DNA of 34,888 nucleotides, taken from the NCBI GenBank assembly GCA_046484135.1, contig JAWOBU010000081.1, forward strand, positions 1-34,888. Direction: 5' to 3'. Below the pieces are notes generated by a model that worked only from the letters and a program-made list of their open reading frames with translations, ran no database searches and had not been told where the DNA came from. Origin of the DNA: a bacterium. Its GTDB lineage: Bacteria; RBG-13-61-14; DATKZS01. The translations under genes were made by a program, and so were the position numbers. Within the stretch, counting starts at the first letter, position 1. Each line of letters begins with the position of its first letter. Positions 17,049 through 26,593 of the stretch are shown piece after piece.

Positions 17049-18278
17049 ATGCCCAAACCTTCTAAAATAAAATCCGGCATCCGGACCTCGTCCATCCTGA
17101 AGCTCCTGGCAATCCTGGTGCTGTGGGTCCTGCTCATGGCCGGGCTGGCTTGGTTCCTTCTGCCACGCCAGCAAGAAGAAAGCAGACAGGCTGACAAGAG
17201 GGCCTCCGCTCCCAAAACGGCAGCCCTCCTGGCCAAGCAGACCCGCAACAAGCTACAACTTCCTCCCCTGGACCGGGCAGGCGAAATCATCCACTCCCGC
17301 AACAACGGCTCCCTGTACAGTATCACCTGGCAGGGAAAATCCGATACCGACCTCATAATAGCCGAGAAGACCATCCGCGACTTCTGGCGGGACCTCGGAA
17401 ACCTGGACGTAAAAATCGAGTACCCAGACCATGCCGTCCGGGGGGAAAGGGTCAGGCTGTTCGCAAGCTCAGGAAACACGCCGCTCATGGCGGTACTGCT
17501 CGCCAGAAAAGAAACCACACCGAACAAACCAAACCCGGAAGTCCCGGAACCTCAAAAACCCGGGCCCGGACCGCAAAAGAAAAACTTAAAGCCCTTTCCG
17601 AAGCCAACCTCGAACACCGGAAAGATCGTCATCATAATAGACGATGTAGGGTTTAACCTGCCCGCCCTGGATACGCTGCTCCAGGCAGAAGTGCCAATTA
17701 CCTTTGCTGTGCTGCCCCATGCCTCGGACGCGGCCTCCGCCGTGCAGAAAATAAAACGAAGCGGCGCCGAGCTTATCCTGCACATGCCCATGCAGCCCAT
17801 GAGCTATCCCCGCTCCGACCCCGGTAACGGGGCCCTCCTGGTGGGCATGAGCCAAAAAGAGGTCAAGGAATGCGTACAGAAGGCCCTGCAAGTCGTGCCT
17901 GGGGCCAAGGGCGTCAACAACCACATGGGCTCGGCATTCACCGCAGACCCGGAAGGCGTGGAAAAACTTTTGGTGGTCCTCAAAGAGAAAGGGCTCTTTT
18001 ATATAGACAGCAGAACCACTATAGACACGGTGGGTTACAAAACGGCCCGCCTGATGGAGGTCCCGGCCGCGGAGCGGGACGTGTTCCTCGATCACCAAAC
18101 GGACGAAGAAAGCGTAAAACTGAGTCTTGTCGAGCTTGCCCGCACCGCCAATAAACAGAAGACCGCGGTGGCCATCGGCCATCCTCATCCGGAAACCATC
18201 CGGGTGCTCACCCGCTACCTGCCGGTGATGGCGGAGATGGGCTACCGGTTCTCTTACGCTTCCGAGGCTGTAAAATGA
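17049..18278 (+). CDS. Divergent polysaccharide deacetylase (YibQ family), membrane-anchored
   Basis: IIIDDVG, ILHMPMQP, GVNNHMGS, IDSRT, RDVFLD and AIGHP; lies directly after ctpA as is usual for the family. Confidence 0.92.
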   Translation: MPKPSKIKSGIRTSSILKLLAILVLWVLLMAGLAWFLLPRQQEESRQADKRASAPKTAALLAKQTRNKLQLPPLDRAGEIIHSRNNGSLYSITWQGKSDTDLIIAEKTIRDFWRDLGNLDVKIEYPDHAVRGERVRLFASSGNTPLMAVLLARKETTPNKPNPEVPEPQKPGPGPQKKNLKPFPKPTSNTGKIVIIIDDVGFNLPALDTLLQAEVPITFAVLPHASDAASAVQKIKRSGAELILHMPMQPMSYPRSDPGNGALLVGMSQKEVKECVQKALQVVPGAKGVNNHMGSAFTADPEGVEKLLVVLKEKGLFYIDSRTTIDTVGYKTARLMEVPAAERDVFLDHQTDEESVKLSLVELARTANKQKTAVAIGHPHPETIRVLTRYLPVMAEMGYRFSYASEAVK

Positions 18279-19642
18279 GTCCCCGAAAGGTCTACACCGT
18301 AACCGGGATCACCGACGAGATCGGAAGGCGCCTGGAACAGGGCTTCGGAGAAGTGTGGGTGCAAGGGGAGATCAGCGGTCTTGTAAAACACGGCTCCGGA
18401 CACTGGTACTTCGGGCTGAAAGACGACCGGTCCTATTTGCGGGCGGTGATGTTCAAGTTCCAGAACATGTATCTGCGCTTCAGCCCGGAGGAGGGCACCG
18501 AGGTTCTTTGCCGGGGCAAGATAACCGCATATCCTCCCCGCAGCACCTATCAAATCCGGGTCGAATGGATGGAGCCGGTGGGCAAAGGCGCCTTGTACCT
18601 CGAGTTCGAACAGCTCAAAAAACGGCTCGAGCAGCAAGGACTGTTCGATCCGGAAAAGAAGAAGCCCCTGCCGTCGCCCATACGCAGGATCGCCGTCATA
18701 AGCTCGGTATCGGGGGCCGCCCTTCACGACATGCTGCACGTGCTCTCCGAACGGGACCGCAACATAGAAGTGCTGATCATACCTTCCCGGGTGCAGGGGG
18801 AAGGCGCTGCCGAAGAGCTGGCCCGGGCCGTGGAGACCGCCAACCTGCCGGCGGTGGCCGCTCCCGCGGACCGGAGGCCGCTGGAGGCGGTGGTGCTGGC
18901 CCGCGGGGGAGGCTCTATCGAGGACCTGTGGGCCTTTAACCAAGAGGTGCTGGCCCGGGCCATTGCCGATTCCCGCCTGCCGGTCGTATCCGCCATCGGC
19001 CACGAGGTAGACTTTACCATTGCCGACTTTACAGCCGACCTCCGGGCTCCCACTCCCACCGCAGCCGCGGAGATCATCGCCCAGGGGAAGCCGGAAAGGA
19101 CCGCCCGCCTGGATCATCTTCTGCACCGGCTCCGTGAGACAATGAAAAAACGGCTGGAAGAAGCGGAGACCCTCGTGCAGCACCGGCAGGCCCTGCTCCG
19201 GGACCCGCTTAGAAGAATCATGGATTACATGATCAAGACGGACGAGCTCCAGGCCCGCTCGGAAAGGGCCCTCCGCAACCGCATCAGCCGTACCGGGCTG
19301 GAGCTTCGCCGCTACGAACAGGTGATTAAAGGGCACGATCCGCGGCGGTTCTACGCAGTCCAGTCCGACCGGCTCCAGTCTCTTGAAAAAAGGCTCATTA
19401 GAGATGTTTCCCACGAGGTCCAAAACGCCTCCCAAAGGCTTGCGGCCCGGCGGGAAAGGCTCCAGGCCCTCTCGCCCCGTGCTACCTTGCAGCGCGGTTA
19501 CTCCATAGTCCGGGACCGGGAAAACAACATAATAAAAAGCTCCGGCGCAGTGAAGCCGGCTGATTCTTTGGAGGTCATCCTCTATAAAGGCCGGCTGGGA
19601 GTTCAAGTGGAGAAGATTATGAAAGATGAGGAGGAAGCATGA
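18275..19642 (+). CDS. xseA: Exodeoxyribonuclease VII large subunit
   Basis: VWVQGEISG, SGHWYFGLKD, RGGGSIEDLWAFN, SAIGHEVD, RAPTPTAAAE and LSPRATLQRGYS. Confidence 0.97.
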   Translation: MSPRKVYTVTGITDEIGRRLEQGFGEVWVQGEISGLVKHGSGHWYFGLKDDRSYLRAVMFKFQNMYLRFSPEEGTEVLCRGKITAYPPRSTYQIRVEWMEPVGKGALYLEFEQLKKRLEQQGLFDPEKKKPLPSPIRRIAVISSVSGAALHDMLHVLSERDRNIEVLIIPSRVQGEGAAEELARAVETANLPAVAAPADRRPLEAVVLARGGGSIEDLWAFNQEVLARAIADSRLPVVSAIGHEVDFTIADFTADLRAPTPTAAAEIIAQGKPERTARLDHLLHRLRETMKKRLEEAETLVQHRQALLRDPLRRIMDYMIKTDELQARSERALRNRISRTGLELRRYEQVIKGHDPRRFYAVQSDRLQSLEKRLIRDVSHEVQNASQRLAARRERLQALSPRATLQRGYSIVRDRENNIIKSSGAVKPADSLEVILYKGRLGVQVEKIMKDEEEA

Positions 19643-20610
19643 AACCGCGATTATCTTGGGGCTGGCTCCTGTTATTTATTGCCGCCCTCACCTTGCTCAT
19701 GGTCACCCCCGGCGCCGGGGAAAGGAAAAAGGAAGGTCCCGCCGTCCCTCCTGGCCGGCAGCCGGGCGAGGTCGAGCTTGAAGTAGAACTTCTGCCAAAG
19801 AACGAAAGCGGGCAGGCAGTGGTATCCCAGGGAGAGGTCTTCCTGGTGCGGATCAAAGACCCCAGGAACCTGCTTCAGAAAGCATCCGCCTCCTGGAAGG
19901 GGCGGACCATTCCCTGTCTTCCCCATCACCAGCACCCGGGATGGCTGCACGGCCTGGGAGCTATTGACCGCACCCGGGAGCCGGGCACCTACACCCTTTC
20001 CATCCAGCTCGTGAGCCGGGGCGGCGAGTTCGAAGAGCTGGAAAAAGAACTTCGGGTACAAAAAACCCGCTACCCCAGTGGCCGGCTTTCCGTGGCCGGC
20101 GACAAGGTGGAGCTTTCCCGGGCGGCCAAAAACCGGGTTCGCGAGGAAAGAAAAGCCTTCAAGAACGCCTGGGACTCATCATCCTACGTCCGCTTGTGGA
20201 GCGGGCCGTTTATTCGTCCCACCGGGGGCAGGATCACCTCGGAGTTCGGGGAAAGAAGGGTCTACAACAACGGCAAACTGAAGAACGTCCACCGCGGAGT
20301 GGACCTGTCCGCGGGGGTGGGCGAACCCATCAAGGCCACGGCAACAGGGAAGGTGATGCTGGCCGGCTTCTGCTTCCTGGAGGGAGGACTGGTGATAATG
20401 GACCACGGAGGGGGCCTGTTCACCCTCTACTGCCACCTGTCTCAGATCAAGGTAGGGCCGGGCGAGATCGTGGACAAAGGCAGCGTCATAGGTCTGGCCG
20501 GAAACACCGGCAGGGTCACCGGTCCCCATCTACACTGGGGGTGCGGCGTGCAGGGAGTGAGAGTAGACCCCATGTCTCTCCTCAAACTGAACCGGTGGCT
20601 CGAAGAGTAA
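19639..20610 (+). CDS. M23-family metallopeptidase
   Basis: Signal/TM N-terminus; HRGVD (HxxxD), YCHLS and GNTGRVTGPHLHW (HxH). Confidence 0.93.
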   Translation: MKPRLSWGWLLLFIAALTLLMVTPGAGERKKEGPAVPPGRQPGEVELEVELLPKNESGQAVVSQGEVFLVRIKDPRNLLQKASASWKGRTIPCLPHHQHPGWLHGLGAIDRTREPGTYTLSIQLVSRGGEFEELEKELRVQKTRYPSGRLSVAGDKVELSRAAKNRVREERKAFKNAWDSSSYVRLWSGPFIRPTGGRITSEFGERRVYNNGKLKNVHRGVDLSAGVGEPIKATATGKVMLAGFCFLEGGLVIMDHGGGLFTLYCHLSQIKVGPGEIVDKGSVIGLAGNTGRVTGPHLHWGCGVQGVRVDPMSLLKLNRWLEE

Positions 20611-20625
20611 GAAAAACGGTGCTGA

Positions 20626-20654
20626 TTGAATAAGCGGCTCCGATCATATATGAT
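20626..20654 (+). promoter_or_regulatory. Putative sigma70 promoter of the cyclase operon
   Basis: TTGAAT-17 bp-TATGAT; the -10 lies inside the 12-bp palindrome ATCATATATGAT (20643-20654). Confidence 0.55.
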
Positions 20655-20722
20655 TCTAGCTGGTAACGGAATTCAGGGGTTCTGTCTAAAAAATATCGGC
20701 TCCCGACAGGGCACGGGAAAGA

Positions 20723-23155
20723 ATGAAGAAAAAAAAGAAGAAGACCACCTGGGGCGCTCTTATAATAGCGCTGGTAATAACCATTATGTTCATGGTGCTC
20801 TACAACCTGAAGGGCCGGGCCAGGAGCCAGGTGGAGCGGGACCCCCGGCGGGCGAACTTCGAGTTCCTCGAGCTCATCGAGGTCAAGGCATATGACATCC
20901 GCTTCCAGTTCTGCCAGCGTTACTTTCCCCCCCCTCCCTCAGACAAGGTAGTGATCGCGGCCATTGACGACCGGGCGGTGGGAGAGTACCAGTGGCCCTT
21001 CCCACGCGACAAGTGGAGCATCTTCCTGAAGAGGATGGACGAGTACGGAGCCGAGGTGGTCGCCTTTGACGTGGTCTTTGCCGACGAAGGCGAGTACCAG
21101 GGACTGTCCTTTCTGCGCGACGTGCTCAATAAATACCTTATGCTGGGCCTCGACCAGCCGCCGGACGCCGTCTCTAAAATCCGGAACCGTCAAGTCAAGG
21201 ATTACATCCGGAAGGTCGGGCGCTTCGCAGGCTACATCGAGAAAAAGGAAAAAGAAGCGGACACCGACCGCGTCCTGGCCGAAACCTTGAAAGACAAGGA
21301 CAACGTGGTGCTGGGATGGTACAGCTACCGAAGCAGAAGTGAAGCCGAACGGTTCGACGCAGTGGACAACACCGACGAGGTAAAGCTGCTCATGCCATCC
21401 ACCCTGCCCTTCATGTCCAGGCGGGGATGGGACATGAAGAAGTTCTACCAAAGGACCTGGCCGGTCCGGGCCTACGGTCTCCAGACCAACATACCGATCA
21501 TCTCCCGGGCGGCTTCCAAGTTCGGCTTCTTTACAGCCACCCCGGACCCTATTGACGGGACCATCCGCAAGACCCCTCTTATCACCGTCTACAGCGAGGA
21601 CCCGCAAAACGCAAGCCACGAAAACACCCATATTTATCCTTCCCTGTCCCTGGCAACGGTCTCCGCCTGGTACGACAGAAAGCCCAAGGTCATTCCCGGA
21701 GACCTGGGGTTAAAGGTCAAGATGGGGGACAAGGTCATCCCCACCGACATGTACGGAAGGATACTCATCAACTGGATGGGGCCCCAACAAAGCTTTCCCT
21801 ACGTGTCCGTCTATGACGTTATCACCGGCTTCCAGAACCAGGAAGACGCAGACTTTAAGATAGAAAACCCGCGCGACTTCTTCAAAGGAAAGATCGTACT
21901 TATCGGCTCGACATCCATCGGCGCCCACGATATGCGGACTACACCGTTCGGGACCTCACCCGGCGTCGAGATGCACGCCAACATCATAAGCAATATCATT
22001 GACGACGACTTTCTGATCCACAAAGAATGGTTCGCCCTGCTCGATTACCTGTTCCTCCTGGTTATCGGCGTCCTGTTCGGGCTCCTCTTGCCCAGGCTGT
22101 CCCCCATAACCGGAGGGCTGATAGCCTTTCTCCTGTTCGCCGGTTACCTGGGAACCAACCTTTACTTCTTCGCAGTCGAGCAGTACTCCTTTACCCTGGT
22201 GTATCCCCTGGCAGAGATACTGACCATCTACATAGCGGTAACCATCTACAGGTACGCCACCGAGGAGAAGGAAAAAAGGTTTATCAAAAACGCGTTCGAG
22301 CACTACCTGTCCCCCAACGTCATCCACCAGCTAATGGACGACCCGGACATGCTGAACCTTGGCGGCGAAAGAAAAGTCCTTACCGCCTTCTTCTCCGACA
22401 TCCAGGGGTTCTCCACCATAAGCGAGAGCATGCAGGCGGACGAGCTCGTACACTTCCTGAACGAGTACCTGACCGAGATGTGCGACATCATCCTCGAGTA
22501 CGACGGGACCATTGACAAGTTTGAAGGAGACGCCATCATCGCTTTCTTTGGAGCACCCATCTACTTCGAGGACCACGCGGTGCGCGCCTGCCTGTGCGCG
22601 GTGGACATCCAGGAGAGAATGAAGGAGCTGCGAAAGAAATGGACCGAGGAAGGCAGGCCGGAAATCCATATGCGCATCGGGCTGAACACGGGCGACATGG
22701 TGGTGGGAAACATGGGAAGCGCCGACCGCATGGACTACACCATGATGGGAGACTCGGTGAACCTGGCCGCCCGCCTCGAGGCCGCGGCCAAGCAGTACCG
22801 CATCTACACCATGATCTCCGAGTTTACCTATGAAAAGGCCAAAGAACATATAGAAGTTCGCGAGCTGGACCTGACCCGGGTGGTGGGAAAGGAGGAGCCG
22901 GTCAAGGTCTACGAGGTCCTGGGCAAAAAAGGCGAGGTCTCCCCGGAAAAGCTGAAGGTGGCCGAGCTCTACCAGGAAGGACTCGAGCTTTACAAGCAGA
23001 GGTACTGGATGGACGCGGTAGTCAAGTTCATGGCGGCAATCGAGCTGGACCCCCGGGACGGGCCGTCTCACGTGTTCCTCGCCAGGTGTGAAGAGTTCAA
23101 CGAGAACCCGCCCGCAGCGGGCTGGGACGGCGTATACACCATGACCGAAAAGTAA
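20723..23155 (+). CDS. CHASE2-domain class III adenylate cyclase with C-terminal TPR-like tail
   Basis: CHASE2 motifs (WPFPR, FDVVF, DGTIR, GKIVLIG, PGVEMHAN) followed by 3 TM segments; cyclase motifs FSDIQGFS, DKFEGDA, RIGLNTG, DYTMMGDSVNLAARLE; tail ending WDGVYTMTEK. Confidence 0.95.
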   Translation: MKKKKKKTTWGALIIALVITIMFMVLYNLKGRARSQVERDPRRANFEFLELIEVKAYDIRFQFCQRYFPPPPSDKVVIAAIDDRAVGEYQWPFPRDKWSIFLKRMDEYGAEVVAFDVVFADEGEYQGLSFLRDVLNKYLMLGLDQPPDAVSKIRNRQVKDYIRKVGRFAGYIEKKEKEADTDRVLAETLKDKDNVVLGWYSYRSRSEAERFDAVDNTDEVKLLMPSTLPFMSRRGWDMKKFYQRTWPVRAYGLQTNIPIISRAASKFGFFTATPDPIDGTIRKTPLITVYSEDPQNASHENTHIYPSLSLATVSAWYDRKPKVIPGDLGLKVKMGDKVIPTDMYGRILINWMGPQQSFPYVSVYDVITGFQNQEDADFKIENPRDFFKGKIVLIGSTSIGAHDMRTTPFGTSPGVEMHANIISNIIDDDFLIHKEWFALLDYLFLLVIGVLFGLLLPRLSPITGGLIAFLLFAGYLGTNLYFFAVEQYSFTLVYPLAEILTIYIAVTIYRYATEEKEKRFIKNAFEHYLSPNVIHQLMDDPDMLNLGGERKVLTAFFSDIQGFSTISESMQADELVHFLNEYLTEMCDIILEYDGTIDKFEGDAIIAFFGAPIYFEDHAVRACLCAVDIQERMKELRKKWTEEGRPEIHMRIGLNTGDMVVGNMGSADRMDYTMMGDSVNLAARLEAAAKQYRIYTMISEFTYEKAKEHIEVRELDLTRVVGKEEPVKVYEVLGKKGEVSPEKLKVAELYQEGLELYKQRYWMDAVVKFMAAIELDPRDGPSHVFLARCEEFNENPPAAGWDGVYTMTEK

Positions 23156-23191
23156 GACCGCGACGTGAAAGCATGACGGAAAGGAGAGAAA

Positions 23192-24691
23192 ATGGCCAAG
23201 GTAGACCCGGCCAAGCTCAAGGACGAAGCAGCTAAACACCTGCGCAAGGGAAAGCTCGACAAGGCCCTCGAGTCGTACCGCCAGCTCGAGAAGGCTTCAC
23301 CACATGACCTGAAAGTCCCCCAGAAGGTGGCCGAGATTCTCCAGAAAATGGACAGAAAACAAGAGGCGGTGGCAAAGTATAAAGAGGCCGCGGAAAAGTA
23401 TTACAACAAGGGATTTCTGGTGCAGGCCATCGCCATCTACAAGATCGTGATCGAGTTAAGCCCGGAAGACACCGAGGTTAAGAACGCGCTGGACAAGCTC
23501 TCCCGCGAGAGGCAGGACGATACTTTCTCAGCCATAAAGCCGAGCAGGGTCTCGGAAAAGATACAAAGCGCTCCTCCCGCTAAAAAGAAGGACGAGACCC
23601 CGGAAAAGAAGCCGGAGCCCGAGCCGGAACAAGCAAAAGAAGAACCACCCATAGAAACCGAACCGGAAACCCCGGAGCCCTCACCATCCGAGGCCGAAGC
23701 TCCCGCTGAAGAAGCCGTTCCAGTGGAACCGGAGACAGAAGAACAGGAGGCAGGAGAACCTTACGAGTTCGACTCCGGCGAACAGGAAACGGACCTGGAA
23801 GAAGAGGCAGCGGAAAAGCCCCCCGAGGACATGGAGGTGGTCCCGGTGGAAGATGAGGAGGAGTTGCCCGAGTCCGGTCCCGAGCGGACCCCCCTTCTCT
23901 CCGACCTGGACCCGCCGGAGTTCGAGCGCGTTTTCGAGCTCATGGAAAGCAGGATCGTCCAGCCCGACGAGGCTGTGGTGGAACAGGGCGAAAGCGGCGA
24001 CTCCCTGTTCATCGTGGCCCGCGGCAAGGTAAAAGTTGTGAGGGACGAAAACGAAAAACAAAAGACGCTCGCGACCCTGGGGCCGGGGGACTTTTTCGGA
24101 GAGATCGGCTACTTCCACGGCAAAAGGGAAGCCTCCGTCATTGCCGTAAAAAGAAGTCTCCTGCTCGAGATGGCAAAACAAGACCTGGACGAGGTGGTGA
24201 AAGAGTTCCCCCGCGTAAAAGAAGTCCTGCTCCAGTTCTACCGCGAGCGAGTTCTCGACAACCTGCTCCGGAGCTCTCCCCTCTTTAAGAAACTTTCGGA
24301 GAAAGAAAGAAAGCAGTTCGGCGACAGCTTCCACTACCGGGAGATACCGGAGGGCGAAGCCATAGTAAATGAAGGAGACCCAGGAGACTCCATGTTCCTT
24401 ATCAAGTCCGGCGAGGTCTCCATCCAGGCCCAGCATCCGGTAAAGAACGAACAGGTGGAACTGGCCCGACTCCAGGGAGGAGACTTCTTCGGCGAGGTGA
24501 GCCTTATTAAAAACAAGCCCCGGACCGCCACCGTTCTCGCGGAATCGAAGGCAGAGATTCTCGAGCTTAAAAGAGACGACTTTCAAAAGATTTCCCGAAA
24601 GCACCCCGAGATCGGAAAAGCCATCGAGAACACCATTGAACAAAGGGTGGAAGAGACCATCAAAAAGATGATAGATACCATGGAAAGCTAA
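23192..24691 (+). CDS. TPR protein with tandem cyclic nucleotide-binding domains
   Basis: Helical TPR-like N-terminus, Pro/Glu-rich linker, and two CNB cassettes (GDFFGEIGYFHGKREASV and GDFFGEVSLIKNKPRTATV). Confidence 0.9.
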   Translation: MAKVDPAKLKDEAAKHLRKGKLDKALESYRQLEKASPHDLKVPQKVAEILQKMDRKQEAVAKYKEAAEKYYNKGFLVQAIAIYKIVIELSPEDTEVKNALDKLSRERQDDTFSAIKPSRVSEKIQSAPPAKKKDETPEKKPEPEPEQAKEEPPIETEPETPEPSPSEAEAPAEEAVPVEPETEEQEAGEPYEFDSGEQETDLEEEAAEKPPEDMEVVPVEDEEELPESGPERTPLLSDLDPPEFERVFELMESRIVQPDEAVVEQGESGDSLFIVARGKVKVVRDENEKQKTLATLGPGDFFGEIGYFHGKREASVIAVKRSLLLEMAKQDLDEVVKEFPRVKEVLLQFYRERVLDNLLRSSPLFKKLSEKERKQFGDSFHYREIPEGEAIVNEGDPGDSMFLIKSGEVSIQAQHPVKNEQVELARLQGGDFFGEVSLIKNKPRTATVLAESKAEILELKRDDFQKISRKHPEIGKAIENTIEQRVEETIKKMIDTMES

Positions 24692-24758
24692 TGCCGACCC
24701 CACAGGGGAACTTGAATCCTCCGGAAGGTCGAAACCCTCGCACAGGGAGGTCTTGGCA

Positions 24759-26492
24759 GTGTCCAGCGCAGACCGGGCAAAAACCGATAAACAAAAACTG
24801 AAGGCCCTGGAGGCGGAAAACAGGAAGCTCCGGAAACGGATTGACAACCTGGAGAGAAAATACCAGCGCCAGAAAAGTCATGCCGGGCTCCTGAAAGAGA
24901 TGTCCTCCATAACCAGCAAAAGCTTCAAGGTGGAGAAGTTCCTGGACCGAATCATGGACCGGGTGCTGGAGGCCACCGGCGGAGAGGCCGCCACCTTGTT
25001 CCTGGCGGACGAGCAGGCTTACGAGCTCGAGTTCGCAGTGGTAAAAGGCCCCTCCGCCTCCGCCCTGCAAGGGAAAAGAATACCCGCGGACGAAGGAATA
25101 GCAGGCAAAGTCTACACGGAAGGCTCGACCTACCTGTCTTCCGACGTAAGCAGGGACGAAGTCTGGAGCCCCAGGGTGGCAAAGGAGATCGGACACGAGA
25201 CCAGGAACATGATCGCCGTGCCCCTCAAGATGGGCAAGAAGGTCACCGGCGTCATCGAGGTCATTAACAAGAAAGACGGCGAGACCTTTAACCGGGACGA
25301 CGTGGCCTTTATCAAGTCCCTGGCAACCGAAGCCGCGGTAGCTATTAATAACGCCAACCTGCACCTGGAAACCATGGAAAGAGCCGACCAGTTCGCCACC
25401 CTCTCCCGGCTGTCGTCGGTGCTCAACTCGACCCTCCAGGCAAAGGAGGTCAGGAAAAGGGCCATGGAAGCGGCGGTCGAGCTTCTGCAATGCGAAACCG
25501 GGTCCCTCTACCTGATAGACCGGGAGAAACAGGAGCTCTACTTCGAGGTCGCCCTCGGCGAAAAAGGGGACGCGGTAAAAGAGATAAGGTTGAAGATGGG
25601 GGAAGGGATCGCCGGCTGGGTGGCACAGGAAGGAAAAAGCGACCTGGTGGCGGACACCAGCGTTGATCCCCGCTGGGCCAGCAAGGTTGACAAAAAATCC
25701 AAGTTCCAGACCCGTAACATGGTTACCGTGCCCGTAAAATCGAAAGGAGAGGTCATAGGAGTCCTTCAGGCCATTAACAAGCTCCACGGCCGGAAGTTCA
25801 CCGAAGACGATCAGAGAATGCTGGAGAACCTGGCCGACCAGGTGGGCATAGCCCTGGAAAACGCCCGGCTCTACGAGGCCCAGAAAGTCATGTTCAAGGA
25901 AACCGCCCAGGCCCTGGCCGCCGCCATTGAAAAAAGAGACCCCTATACCGGCGGCCACACCAAGAGGGTCCGCGACTTTTCCATGGCCTGCGCCAAATAC
26001 ATGAAGCTGGACAACGACACCATGGAGTGGCTGGAGATAGCGGCCATCCTTCACGACGCCGGAAAAATCGGGGTGGACGACCAGATACTGCGCAAGCCGA
26101 GCAGGCTCACCGACGACGAGTTCTGGCAGATGAAACAACACCCCAAGTACGGGTTTGAAATCCTCCAGCACGTAAAGGAGCTGGGGCCGGCCATACCGGG
26201 CATGAAGTACCACCACGAAAGGTTTGACGGCAAAGGATACCCGGACGGGCTGGAAGACGGGAGCATACCGGTAATAGCACGCATCATAGCAGCAGCGGAC
26301 ACCTGGGACGCCATGACCTCGGACCGGCCCTACCGGAAAGGGCTGCCCGACAAGGTGGCCAACCAGGAGCTTAGAAAGTTCTCCGGTATCCAGTTCGACC
26401 CGGAGGTGGTAAAGGCCTTTTTAAAAGCCTACCGCAGGGGCCTGATAAAATCCCGCCGTCTCCCGGAGAAAAAAACGCAAACGCTTGGATAG
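24759..26492 (+). CDS. GAF-GAF-HD-GYP phosphodiesterase
   Basis: Coiled coil and two GAF domains; DPYTGGH, LHDAGK, HPKYG, HHERFDGKGYP, ADTWDAM and RPYR. GTG 24759 is preferred to TTG 24753 because of spacing from GGAGG (24746-24750). Confidence 0.93.
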   Translation: MSSADRAKTDKQKLKALEAENRKLRKRIDNLERKYQRQKSHAGLLKEMSSITSKSFKVEKFLDRIMDRVLEATGGEAATLFLADEQAYELEFAVVKGPSASALQGKRIPADEGIAGKVYTEGSTYLSSDVSRDEVWSPRVAKEIGHETRNMIAVPLKMGKKVTGVIEVINKKDGETFNRDDVAFIKSLATEAAVAINNANLHLETMERADQFATLSRLSSVLNSTLQAKEVRKRAMEAAVELLQCETGSLYLIDREKQELYFEVALGEKGDAVKEIRLKMGEGIAGWVAQEGKSDLVADTSVDPRWASKVDKKSKFQTRNMVTVPVKSKGEVIGVLQAINKLHGRKFTEDDQRMLENLADQVGIALENARLYEAQKVMFKETAQALAAAIEKRDPYTGGHTKRVRDFSMACAKYMKLDNDTMEWLEIAAILHDAGKIGVDDQILRKPSRLTDDEFWQMKQHPKYGFEILQHVKELGPAIPGMKYHHERFDGKGYPDGLEDGSIPVIARIIAAADTWDAMTSDRPYRKGLPDKVANQELRKFSGIQFDPEVVKAFLKAYRRGLIKSRRLPEKKTQTLG

Positions 26493-26513
26493 CCGATTCG
26501 GCTGTGGTAGAAT
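26485..26513 (+). promoter_or_regulatory. Putative internal promoter for crp and downstream genes
   Basis: TTGGAT-17 bp-TAGAAT with an extended -10 (TG-G-TAGAAT). Confidence 0.55.
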
Positions 26514-26526
26514 TTATAAGTCTGTA

Positions 26527-26546
26527 GAGCCTTTTGCAAGAGGCTC
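26527..26546. mobile_element. 20-bp fused-TIR mini-element with 5-bp TSD (same family as 15296-15453)
   Basis: GAGCCTTTTGCAAGAGGCTC contains the exact 15-bp right TIR of the MITE; flanked by CTGTA at 26522-26526 and 26547-26551. Confidence 0.82.
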
Positions 26547-26593
26547 CTGTAATAAGGGTAAGAGCACAAACCACTGGAAACAGGAGGCAGAAC

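Noticed and set aside
18254..26216. Long antisense ORFs (18254-19606, 22331-23239, 23681-24847, 24660-26216)
   Set aside because: They lie opposite genes with clear motifs and show no motifs of their own; such shadow ORFs are expected in GC-rich coding DNA.
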